Shown here: piece after piece, positions 8,811-18,024 of the stretch
Position numbering within the stretch: the first letter of the stretch is position 1
How the letters are laid out: each line of letters starts with the position of its first letter
Assembly: GCA_965219345.1 (NCBI GenBank)
Contig: OZ244732.1
Location: 1,807,225 to 1,871,224 of the forward strand
Source of the DNA: Nitrosopumilus sp.
Lineage (GTDB): Archaea; Thermoproteota; Nitrososphaeria; Nitrososphaerales; Nitrosopumilaceae
DNA length: 64,000 nucleotides
Direction of reading: 5' to 3'
Translations under genes and position numbers: made by a program
Notes under the pieces: generated by a model
Databases searched by the model: none
What the model was told of the DNA's origin: nothing
Seen by the model: only the letters and a program-made list of their open reading frames with translations

Positions 8811-11768
8811 TTATCTTACATTAAAAAAGTCAGTTACTATCATATCATGATACTGTAACTGAGCAACATAAACTCCAGAATCAAATGGTTTTGACAATAC
8901 TTCAGTAAATAATCCTGAAGAATTATCTTTTAGTGCAATCTCTTCAATCAGAGTACCTCTTTGATCATATACATCAACAAAAAGATCCTCTCTAAACGCG
9001 ATAGTCTTTTGAACGGCACCAGATACTATCAATTTATCATTGTCATAACTTGCTTCAATCACTGCAACACGTGATCTTATAGGAAGATATCTTTCAATAA
9101 TTGTTTTGAGTTCATTTAGATCATCATCTACATTTTCAGCATTCCTGTTACTAAAACTAGACTTGATTTCATTAATTACGGAAACAAATCTAGGATTTTC
9201 ATAAAAATTCTCCCCGCCGAATTCTTTTGCAAATGACTTTAATTCCTCAAATTCGCGTGCTAGATCAACCATGTTCAAATCAGATTGGCCGTATTCATAA
9301 TCAAACTTCTCTTCAATATGAACAATCTGAGTGGCCTTTGAATTTTGATATTGTAACATCACAACATAAAGGCCAGGATCTGTTGGTGCAGCCCACTGGG
9401 TGTAAAAGTTGCCCTGTTTAGTATCAGTGAATTCCAAACTACTATGAGCACTGCCATCCATATTGTAAACAGTGACATGCAGATTTTTTCTCTTTTCAAA
9501 TATTGGTTTGTCAGTAGCTCCTTTGATGATCCAAATGTCTTTTTCAGTATCAAATGAGATATCATAGATAATTTTAGGATTATGAAGAACCAAATATTCA
9601 CTAAGATAATCTCCAATCTCCAAAATCTTAGATTCCGCATCAACAAAATTTGTTATCTCAATTAACTCATAGGCATCGTCCATCATCATATTATAGCCAT
9701 CAACGTGTGCAGAGAATTCGCTATTATAGAAAGTAGAAACTGTATTTGAGAATGCATCTAGTTTTTCACGGAATTCAATACGTTTGATTTCATCTACACT
9801 GTATCCTACATCAGAACCATGTGGATTATCAGCATATGCTTTAGAAACAAGAGTCCATTCACTAAACAGGTCACGGACTTGAGCGTCGGCTTGATCAAGA
9901 TCATTTTTGATTACTAGATCTCTCACATCATCAATTTTTTCATTAATTGTCTCAGTAAATTCAATATAATTTGGTAAAAAGCGATTCTTAGTCAGACTTA
10001 GTTCAACAAGATTTTCAAGTGATTTTGCTCTCTGTAAAACATCACTAGCACGAACTTTGAATGCATCTTTGTTATAAGAATCCAAATCTGTTTTAATTTG
10101 AGGAGCTTTTTCACTGACCCATGTTAACAAAACCTCAATTCTATCAATTCTAGTAATTGAGGGATTTCCAGATTCCATTTGTTTAGCAGTATCTAAAATT
10201 TTTAAAGCATTATCAATTAAAAACAGATTTTCATAGTCTGCTTGAAGTTCAGCCTTCTCTTTCATGGTTTTATATTGAAATTCCAAAATGAACAAAGGAT
10301 TTCGTTTCTCTCGTAGTTCAGTTATTGATTGATCAAACATTGAAATAGTTTCTAAAATCTCGCCCACTGATTCTGCATTTCCAACTCTTTCCAAAAGCAA
10401 TTTCCATTCATCTACAAGGGCAGAACCAGCACCGCTTGTCTGTGAAATCTGAATACTTTTACTAATTCGTGATGAGATCTCTATAATCTGAGTCATTTGA
10501 TGAATTTCAGATTCAGATTCCAAAATATCCTCAACTGAAGTTGCAAATACCAAATCAGATTCTAATTTGCTCCAATCAGGCATTATCAAATTTGCAAGGT
10601 CGCTATTTTCTTGAGAATTAGAAGAAACAAATCTATCAACTGTATCTAGCTGTCGCAAAAGTATTGCTGCTTTATGTAATTCCGATACAGAAGTCTTTGA
10701 TGCAATTAATTCCGAAATAGATTCTTTTCCCTCTAATGAAGGCTTGATAGTTTCCCAATTATTTTGAACAAGTCTGTAAAGATCACTTTGCTTTCGTGAC
10801 ACAACATCAAGATATCTCGATTTTGTAAGAATATCAATGAGTTCAGTGATTTCGTCAGAGTAAATTGGAGCCGTGCCTCTAGCAAAGATAAAGCCAATTT
10901 CATTTTTTACAGACTTGCTCATTATCGTATCAGATTTTTTCATCAAGTTTAGTAATGTTTCTTCTAATTCATCAAAAGTTGGCGCTCTTGTACTAGTTAT
11001 TTTTTCAGGATTAGCATTTCTAATATCAACAAAGACATCAGTTAACAAATCAATAGCTTTTACTTTGTCACCAATTTCATAATAAAATACTGCTGCAAAA
11101 ATTGTTCTGTCGATAGACTTTGCAACATCAAAAGATATCTCATCTTCATTTAATAATTGCTCTACAGAGTCTAATGATGAAGATACTGCAGGTCTGATTA
11201 ATGGTTCTATTTCAATAATCAAATCATCTATAAAGAATTCATCCCACAAATCAACATAAACAGATTCCAACTCAGACAAATTAGCAGAAGTTTGATTTGA
11301 TATTGGAGATGAAATGCCAAATATTTCACTAATTAACGATGCATGATCTGATACCAAGTTTTGTGCTAAAGAAATCTTTTGGCTATTATTTTGTTCAGCA
11401 AAAAAATCAGAAGAAACATTGAAGGCAGTAGATTTTGAATAATTGCCATAGAATAATTTAATTTCATATTCACCAGAAATCCCACAAATTCTACCTTTTA
11501 ATGGGATTATATCTGTGATAAAAACACCATTTGGTAATGGCATGAGTTGTTGGATTTGACACAGATCACCAAGAGGATTAATTATTTGCATTATCAGAAA
11601 AGAATCATCTGAGATGTTTGCAACTTGGCCATAAATGAATAGAGGTGCACCATGGTCATAATTACCAAAATTTTCAATAATTATGATCCTATCTGGACTT
11701 TGAGCAGAAGCATATACTGGCATTAAAAGAATGACAATCATGCTTAAAACAACAGGAATTTGTCTCAC
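8811..11768 (-). CDS. large secreted/surface protein
   Basis: Signal peptide, helical core, Ig-like termini (PGLYVV, GVYVAQLQY). Confidence 0.75.
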   Translation of the reverse strand: MRQIPVVLSMIVILLMPVYASAQSPDRIIIIENFGNYDHGAPLFIYGQVANISDDSFLIMQIINPLGDLCQIQQLMPLPNGVFITDIIPLKGRICGISGEYEIKLFYGNYSKSTAFNVSSDFFAEQNNSQKISLAQNLVSDHASLISEIFGISSPISNQTSANLSELESVYVDLWDEFFIDDLIIEIEPLIRPAVSSSLDSVEQLLNEDEISFDVAKSIDRTIFAAVFYYEIGDKVKAIDLLTDVFVDIRNANPEKITSTRAPTFDELEETLLNLMKKSDTIMSKSVKNEIGFIFARGTAPIYSDEITELIDILTKSRYLDVVSRKQSDLYRLVQNNWETIKPSLEGKESISELIASKTSVSELHKAAILLRQLDTVDRFVSSNSQENSDLANLIMPDWSKLESDLVFATSVEDILESESEIHQMTQIIEISSRISKSIQISQTSGAGSALVDEWKLLLERVGNAESVGEILETISMFDQSITELREKRNPLFILEFQYKTMKEKAELQADYENLFLIDNALKILDTAKQMESGNPSITRIDRIEVLLTWVSEKAPQIKTDLDSYNKDAFKVRASDVLQRAKSLENLVELSLTKNRFLPNYIEFTETINEKIDDVRDLVIKNDLDQADAQVRDLFSEWTLVSKAYADNPHGSDVGYSVDEIKRIEFREKLDAFSNTVSTFYNSEFSAHVDGYNMMMDDAYELIEITNFVDAESKILEIGDYLSEYLVLHNPKIIYDISFDTEKDIWIIKGATDKPIFEKRKNLHVTVYNMDGSAHSSLEFTDTKQGNFYTQWAAPTDPGLYVVMLQYQNSKATQIVHIEEKFDYEYGQSDLNMVDLAREFEELKSFAKEFGGENFYENPRFVSVINEIKSSFSNRNAENVDDDLNELKTIIERYLPIRSRVAVIEASYDNDKLIVSGAVQKTIAFREDLFVDVYDQRGTLIEEIALKDNSSGLFTEVLSKPFDSGVYVAQLQYHDMIVTDFFNVR

Positions 11769-11876
11769 AAATATCCAAATCGATGCTCATCTTACTTAAA
11801 AGATAGGCAGCTATACTACGAATATTTTTGATTTGAAAAAATCAAGGTTATAATGGAAATATAAAAATAAAAAATC

Positions 11877-12506
11877 ATGGATGGGGTTAAAAAAACGTTT
11901 GACAAATGGGCTGAAAATGGCAGGGCAGAATTAATGGAGAAAGAGCATGGGAATAATGTCTCGAAATTTTTGCAAACGATATCATTTGATAAAGCATTTA
12001 CATTTCTTGATGTTGGATGTGGTAATGGGTGGGTAGTAAGAAAAATTGCAAAAGAAAATAATTGCAAAAAATCTATGGGGATTGATATTAGTAAGAAGAT
12101 GATTACTCAAGCTAAAAAGAAAAAGGAAGATAACAAAGAAGAGTTTTTTCATACAGATGTTGAATCTTGGAATTATAAAGGAAAGTTTAATTTCATTTTC
12201 TCAATGGAATCACTTTACTATGTAGACTCGATTGAAATGACACTTGATAAAATCTACAAATTATTGAAGCCTAATGGACAATTTTTCTGTGGAACAGATT
12301 TTTACTCAGACAACATTGCAACCGCAAGATGGGCAAACATTATGAAAATACAGATGCATCTTCATTCAAAAAAAGAATGGAAAAAGTTTTTTCAAAATGC
12401 AGGGTTTGTAGTAAAAACAAAACACATCAAAGACATGAAAAACAAAAAGAAGTGGAAAAGAGATTTTGGGACTTTATTCATAATAGGCACAAAACCTGAA
12501 AAGTAA
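11877..12506 (+). CDS. class I SAM-dependent methyltransferase
   Basis: FLDVGCGNG, GIDIS, LLKPNG. Confidence 0.9.
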   Translation: MDGVKKTFDKWAENGRAELMEKEHGNNVSKFLQTISFDKAFTFLDVGCGNGWVVRKIAKENNCKKSMGIDISKKMITQAKKKKEDNKEEFFHTDVESWNYKGKFNFIFSMESLYYVDSIEMTLDKIYKLLKPNGQFFCGTDFYSDNIATARWANIMKIQMHLHSKKEWKKFFQNAGFVVKTKHIKDMKNKKKWKRDFGTLFIIGTKPEK

Positions 12507-12537
12507 AACTCAAATGCAATAAAGGAATGTTATTTTC

Positions 12538-12820
12538 ATGTGAGCTGGAGCACGACACGCTGCTACGGCAGAGGAAACTCCTCCCTCCATGCAGGAAATG
12601 TGATCCGGAGATGGATAATCAGAGATGATTGGCAACGGAACAGAAAAAAATCCAATATGGCGCACAATGATGGCAAAACCTGAGATTTCCATAAAAGGAA
12701 TGAAAAAGCCGACCCACATGGAGCAAGGCCAAACAGAACTCAAGGTTCCTGTACTAAGTTCAGGTAGGCTGCAAAGCGAAATATCGTGAAAACAGAAGGA
12801 GGGTTACTCCCAGCACACAT
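12538..12820 (+). ncRNA. rnpB: archaeal RNase P RNA
   Basis: GAGGAAACTCC near 5' end and AACAGAAGGAGGGTTA near 3' end (P4 conserved regions); complementary termini ATGTGAGCTGGAG / CTCCCAGCACACAT. Confidence 0.9.
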
Positions 12821-12862
12821 AATTTTTTTTAAAAATTAAAAATTAGATTGTAATTAAATGTC

Positions 12863-14320
12863 TTAGGACAATTGTCCTACAGCTTCTTTACATACGTCGG
12901 TTGAACATTTGCAATCTGCACTGCATATACAAGCGCCTTGCATTGCACAGTCACATGCATAATCAGGATCACCACTATCTGCTTCGCATCCACAGGCTTG
13001 ATCTGTCATGGTAGAGGGTACTGTTTGCGGTGTAGGACTCTGTTGCTGAGTTTCTTCATAAACACTTCTGGTTTGTTGATAACTGGAATCATCTTTTAAT
13101 TGTGCCTCACCTCTATTGGTTTGATAACCGCCAGATGATGCGCTGGTTTGATAACCTACTAATCTATTAGGATCAATTCCCTGTTGACCTTGTGCTTCCT
13201 TTTTGAGCGATCTGTTACTGAAAATAAAAAATCCAATTCCTGCAACAGCTGCAAGTCCTGCCATACCATAAACTATCATTATTGGAAAGCCGCCAGTTGA
13301 AGTTGTTGCATATCCTTCTGGTGGAGTTGGAGTTATACCTGCAATTTCAAGTCCTTCTAATCTGTCCAATGCACCAAAACCAATTGCTGCCAAGTTACCT
13401 GCATCAGCTGATTGTACACTTCTAACAACATAATTTTCGTCAGACACTATTTCAGCTTCAAGGATTTTTTCAATTTGAATTCCTTCTCTGAGGCTACTTT
13501 CACCCATAGTCCAGCTAGAGATAACAAATCCTTGAATGCTTTGATCCAGCCCGAATGTTTCCGCATCTGAAGTAATTCCTGTTGGATCAAACAAAAAGTG
13601 CCAGTTAGTCATTGGTTGCTCTAAAATAAAGTCTGCATTAATGAGAGGTTTGTTAAGAATATCTTCTGCTTCAGTTCCAACAAGGAACGTATAGACATCA
13701 GGTTCTTGGTCTTTAAGTAGGTTTAATGGAATATTGATATCTAGACCATCAATTACAACTTCACCATCAGCAGAGAGTCCCCTCCAACCCAAATCAATCA
13801 AAGTTCTCTGAGAATCTTTTGTAATTACATAATTAGTTAATGTTCCTTCCAAGAGTACTTTGTAATCAATAGATGTGTTGATGTTTCTTGCTTTAAGGTG
13901 AAAATCATAAGTGATATTCAAGTCTGAGACTCTTGCTTGGCTCCCATCAGAAATAATTTTTTCATTAAGTTTAGCTAGAAGTTCTTGAACCCCAGGATTT
14001 GATAAATCAGCAGTGCCAGACACAGTCCATGTTTTCCCACGTAATTCATCAAATAGGTTTCCGCCATTTGGATATTCGATAAATATAGTTTTTAGATAAC
14101 TCATTTTAAATGGGGATGAGTCATTATTGGGATTAATTCTAGCATCTAATTGTGCAGCCCATGCAGGAGCACTTGTACCTACTAGAATAAGACCTGCCAG
14201 CATAATTGTTAAAATTATGATCCTAGACACGAGAAAAATCATGCCCATTAAAGTAATAAACTTATCCAAAATAATGATCGCAATTTTTTGAAAAAGTAAT
14301 ATTGAGTGATGCAAGAACAC
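12863..14320 (-). CDS. single-pass surface protein with Cys-rich C-terminal tail (true start likely ~14230-14246)
   Basis: Signal peptide, C-proximal TM (IVYGMAGLAAVAGIGFFIF), tail CGC..CDC..CIC..CKC..C. Confidence 0.7.
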   Translation of the reverse strand: MFLHHSILLFQKIAIIILDKFITLMGMIFLVSRIIILTIMLAGLILVGTSAPAWAAQLDARINPNNDSSPFKMSYLKTIFIEYPNGGNLFDELRGKTWTVSGTADLSNPGVQELLAKLNEKIISDGSQARVSDLNITYDFHLKARNINTSIDYKVLLEGTLTNYVITKDSQRTLIDLGWRGLSADGEVVIDGLDINIPLNLLKDQEPDVYTFLVGTEAEDILNKPLINADFILEQPMTNWHFLFDPTGITSDAETFGLDQSIQGFVISSWTMGESSLREGIQIEKILEAEIVSDENYVVRSVQSADAGNLAAIGFGALDRLEGLEIAGITPTPPEGYATTSTGGFPIMIVYGMAGLAAVAGIGFFIFSNRSLKKEAQGQQGIDPNRLVGYQTSASSGGYQTNRGEAQLKDDSSYQQTRSVYEETQQQSPTPQTVPSTMTDQACGCEADSGDPDYACDCAMQGACICSADCKCSTDVCKEAVGQLS

Positions 14321-14343
14321 TTTGCAGTTTTAGGAGAAATGGC

Positions 14344-15264
14344 ATGATTACGATTTTAGCAGGTGGGACAGGTTCAGTTAAGCTAGTCAGAGGATTGGTC
14401 TCTCAAGAACCCAAAGTCAATGTAATCAGCAACGTTGGAGATAATTATTGGCTTTATGGGCTCTATGTATGCCCGGACATAGATACAATTGTTTATGGCT
14501 TGTCAGATTTACTTGATCAAGAAAAAGGTTGGGGGATTAAAAAAGATACATTCAACTTTTTGCGTCAAATGGAAGTTTTTGGAGAACCAACCTGGTTTAG
14601 AATAGGAGACAGAGATGCTGCAACACATTTGATTAGAACAAACATGCTAAAGAATGGGAAAAATTTAAGCGATATTACAAAATGGATGTGTGAGAAATTT
14701 GCAGTTGCTGCAAATATCATACCAGTTACAGATAACACTATCGAGACAAGAATAACTACAGATAAGGGAGAATTACATTTGCAAGAATATTGGGTTAAGC
14801 ATAGGGGAAAAGACACCATTACAGGAATTCAATATATTGGGGCAGAGAAATCTCGTCCAAATCCCGAAGCTGTGAATGCAATACATGATGCAGACATGGT
14901 AATTTTAGCCCCAGGAAATCCACTTACATCAATTGGGCCAATGCTTCAGATTAAAGGAATCAGAAAAGAGTTATCAAAGATAAAGAAAAAAGTTGTAGCA
15001 GTTAGTCCATTAATTGGAGATAATGCAATTAGTGGGCCCGCTGCAAAATACATGCAAGCAGCAGGGATAGAATCAAACGCATATGGATTAGCAAAAATGT
15101 ATTCGGATGTTTGTTCAAACATCATTGTAGATAGCAAAGATAGAATGCTGATAAAGAAAATTCAGAGTTTAGATATGAAAGTTTTTGAAACAAAAATTAC
15201 TATGAAAAATAAATTAGCTGAAGATGCATTAGCAAATTTCATCTTAAAGCAAGTACACGTATAA
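14344..15264 (+). CDS. cofD: 2-phospho-L-lactate transferase (F420 biosynthesis)
   Basis: MITILAGGTG, CPDIDT, IGDRD, PGNPLTSI, SGPA. Confidence 0.93.
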   Translation: MITILAGGTGSVKLVRGLVSQEPKVNVISNVGDNYWLYGLYVCPDIDTIVYGLSDLLDQEKGWGIKKDTFNFLRQMEVFGEPTWFRIGDRDAATHLIRTNMLKNGKNLSDITKWMCEKFAVAANIIPVTDNTIETRITTDKGELHLQEYWVKHRGKDTITGIQYIGAEKSRPNPEAVNAIHDADMVILAPGNPLTSIGPMLQIKGIRKELSKIKKKVVAVSPLIGDNAISGPAAKYMQAAGIESNAYGLAKMYSDVCSNIIVDSKDRMLIKKIQSLDMKVFETKITMKNKLAEDALANFILKQVHV

Positions 15265-15265
15265 C

Positions 15266-15904
15266 TTGAAAATAGCTGCAATTGTTCCTGTAAAGACTTT
15301 CTCTAATGCAAAGACACGTTTAGATTTATCTCCAAATCAAATAGAAGACTTGTGCCAAGTAATGTTAGAAGAAATTCTATATACAATATCAATATCTCCA
15401 CAAATTGAAAAATCAATCTTAGTAACAAAAGAGGAAAAAGCAATTGAGATTGGAAAAAAATTTAACACAATTACCATAATTGATGAAAAAGAAGAAAGTG
15501 TTAACAGTGCAGTTGCGCTTGCAGATAAGTATCTTTTAGAGAATAATTTTGATGCTTCGATCGTGTTTCCTCAGGACATCCCATACATCAAAACCCAGGA
15601 TATTGACTTTGTGTTGAACTACAAGACGCCACCAAATTTTGCAATAGTTGTGCCATCAAGGAGGTTTGATGGAACGAATGCGCTTGTAAGGATGCCCATA
15701 GATCTAATGGAAACGCATTATGACGAGGACAGTTACAAAATTCATATGAATACTGCCAAAGGACACACACGAAATGTAGCAATGGTTTTCGTAAAAAGAA
15801 TTATGTGGGATGTAGACAATACGGAAGATCTAGAATTTCTCTTAGAACAAAATGAAAAGCCCATGATTGCAGAAAAAATCAAAAAAATTTTAGGCGTGAA
15901 TTAA
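15266..15904 (+). CDS. cofC: 2-phospho-L-lactate guanylyltransferase
   Basis: IVPVK...AKTRL, DGTNAL, DVDNTEDL; follows cofD. Confidence 0.92.
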   Translation: MKIAAIVPVKTFSNAKTRLDLSPNQIEDLCQVMLEEILYTISISPQIEKSILVTKEEKAIEIGKKFNTITIIDEKEESVNSAVALADKYLLENNFDASIVFPQDIPYIKTQDIDFVLNYKTPPNFAIVVPSRRFDGTNALVRMPIDLMETHYDEDSYKIHMNTAKGHTRNVAMVFVKRIMWDVDNTEDLEFLLEQNEKPMIAEKIKKILGVN

Positions 15905-15977
15905 TGGAATATATCAAAAAATAGCATAATCGGCGCGCGGTCATATGAAATGATCGACACTTAAGAATACGTGACAT

Positions 15978-16209
15978 GGTTCTGGTAAATTCTGGTGATC
16001 TGCACCATAAATCATCAGATATAGTTCTTCTCCGAACTGCTCTTTGAAACCCTGGGATAACCAGTACCTAGTAACTTTCTTGAGATTATCTATCACAACC
16101 CTGCTGTGATAACCCCCTTTGAGCCATCACATAAACTTGGCACAAAACTGCAAAGTGCAATTCAGAGAAGATCCATATTTCACTCAGATCACTGGAATTT
16201 GCCAGATCC
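15978..16209. mobile_element. MITE-like element 1 (IS6-type ends)
   Basis: Terminal inverted repeats GGTTCTGGTAAATTCTGGTGATCTG / revcomp GGATCTGGCAAATTCCAGTGATCTG; segments recur at 17513-17751 and 19419-19837. Confidence 0.65.
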
Positions 16210-16271
16210 TCCTAAAATTGAACACCCATTTTGATCGCTATTCTTTTATCCAGCTATGTAATCGTAGATTA

Positions 16272-17501
16272 TTGAATTTTAGCAATAAACTGACAATTCC
16301 AGTCATTGTGGTTGCAGCATTGGTTCTGTTGGGGCTGGCAGCTTTGTCCATGACGAATTCTGGCAACATGACAGAATATGCTGCAATTCCCAAAGACATT
16401 GTCACGGGCAACAACGACTTTGCAGTAGACTTTTACGGACAGGTATCGGGCAACGATGACAACATCTTCTTCTCACCTACAAGCATGTACATAGCATTCT
16501 CCATGCTGTACGAGGGAGCGCGTGAAAATACGGCACGGCAGATTCAGCAGGTCTTCGGATTTGATCCCAACGAGGCCCTGCGTCACAACGCAACTGCGCA
16601 CATAATGGCATCTGTCAATCAGGACGACCCGCATGTAACGCTTAACCTGGCAAATGCCATCTGGATTGCCAACTGGTTTGCCCCGTACGACTCATACACT
16701 GACATAATACGCAAGACGTATCTTGCCAAGGCCGAACGCGTCGGTTTTCCGGGCGATGGTGTAGATAAGATAAACGCGTGGGCATCTGAGAAAACGCACG
16801 GCAAGATAAAGAGGGTGTTAGCACCTAATGATGTAAGTGGCCTTACTGCGATGGTTCTGGCAAACGCCATATACTTCAAGGGAACTTGGGTGACGCAGTT
16901 CTCGGTAGAGGATACGCGCGAGTCGGACTTTTGGACAAGCAGTAACAGCATCAGGACTGACTTTATGAACATGCGTGGAACATTCAACTACACCGAAGGC
17001 GACGGCGTGCAGATCCTAAAGATGCCCTACAAGGGCGACAGGCTCTCCATGCTGGTGGTTCTTCCCTCGGAGAGGGATGGCATAAGGGAGCTACAGAAGA
17101 CGCTTTCATCAGAACTCATGCAGAAATGGCAACAGGGCCTAACGGAAAAGGAGGTGATAGTGTCGATTCCAAAGTTTGAGATGAATACACATTATGAGAT
17201 TGGTGATTCTTTGTGGCATCTTGGAATGACAGATGTCTTTAAAGCAGAAACAGCAGACCTCTCAGGTATTGCAGACGTATCAGCGAGAAACTTGTATGTC
17301 TCAAAGGCGATTCAGGACGCATACGTAAAGGTAAACGAGGAGGGAACAGAGGCCGCAGCTGTGACTACCATAGTGATTCTGGCAGATAGCCTGCCACCCC
17401 CACCACCAAGATTTATCGCAGATCATCCATTCATCTTTGTCATACAGGACGATGAGAGCGGCATCATCCTGTTCATGGGACGGGTGTCAGACCCGTCATA
17501 G
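16272..17501 (+). CDS. serpin A, N-terminal signal/anchor (TTG start; the ORF-track extension from 16119 begins inside the MITE)
   Basis: NIFFSPTS, NAIYFKGTW, VSIPKF, hinge EEGTEAAA, FIADHPF, LFMGRV. Confidence 0.93.
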   Translation: MNFSNKLTIPVIVVAALVLLGLAALSMTNSGNMTEYAAIPKDIVTGNNDFAVDFYGQVSGNDDNIFFSPTSMYIAFSMLYEGARENTARQIQQVFGFDPNEALRHNATAHIMASVNQDDPHVTLNLANAIWIANWFAPYDSYTDIIRKTYLAKAERVGFPGDGVDKINAWASEKTHGKIKRVLAPNDVSGLTAMVLANAIYFKGTWVTQFSVEDTRESDFWTSSNSIRTDFMNMRGTFNYTEGDGVQILKMPYKGDRLSMLVVLPSERDGIRELQKTLSSELMQKWQQGLTEKEVIVSIPKFEMNTHYEIGDSLWHLGMTDVFKAETADLSGIADVSARNLYVSKAIQDAYVKVNEEGTEAAAVTTIVILADSLPPPPPRFIADHPFIFVIQDDESGIILFMGRVSDPS

Positions 17502-17512
17502 ACGAGCCCATC

Positions 17513-17751
17513 GGTTCTGGTGAAAAACGGTGATCAGGACCACCAGAATTTAACAGCAGAGTTGTGATGGATAATTTCGAGAAAGTTACCAGGTACTGGT
17601 TATTCCAGGGTTTCAAAGAGCGGTTCGGAGAATAACTATGTCTGATGATTTATGGTGCCAAGGTGCAAGAACAACTGTGGCAGCAGGACTGTTCGGAGAA
17701 GAACTATGTCTGATGATTTATGGTGCAGATCACCAGAATTTATCAGAATCC
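17513..17751. mobile_element. MITE-like element 2
   Basis: Ends GGTTCTGGTGAAAAACGGTGATC ... GATCACCAGAATTTATCAGAATCC; closely similar to 19605-19837. Confidence 0.65.
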
Positions 17752-18024
17752 TGATGCATGTATCGCATACGCAGAACCACCGGCAGTGCTACGGTCCTCA
17801 TTTTCATTGCAGTGGCTTCAATTATGATACTTCTGTACTCAAACGGCAATGCGGTACATGCATATGAAGATACAAGGATTACCTAGATCCACAAAAATGG
17901 CGGCCTGTCAATCACAGACTGAACAGATTGAATGGTACAAAGCCAATGGAGTAGTAGAGAATATGCACCACAATCCAAATTGTGCATGTACTTACACGAG
18001 CCACTAACTAATGGATGGGCCCGC

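Noticed and set aside
12510-12743. 77-aa minus-strand ORF
   Set aside because: It lies antisense to the RNase P RNA and is likely spurious.
16119-16271. Long N-terminal extensions of both serpin ORFs (also 19357-19509)
   Set aside because: They begin inside MITE DNA; the TTG at 16272/19356 directly precedes a signal-like hydrophobic segment.
17652-17867. Short ORFs over the MITEs (also 19394-19597, 19656-19881)
   Set aside because: These are translations of non-coding repeat elements with no protein features.
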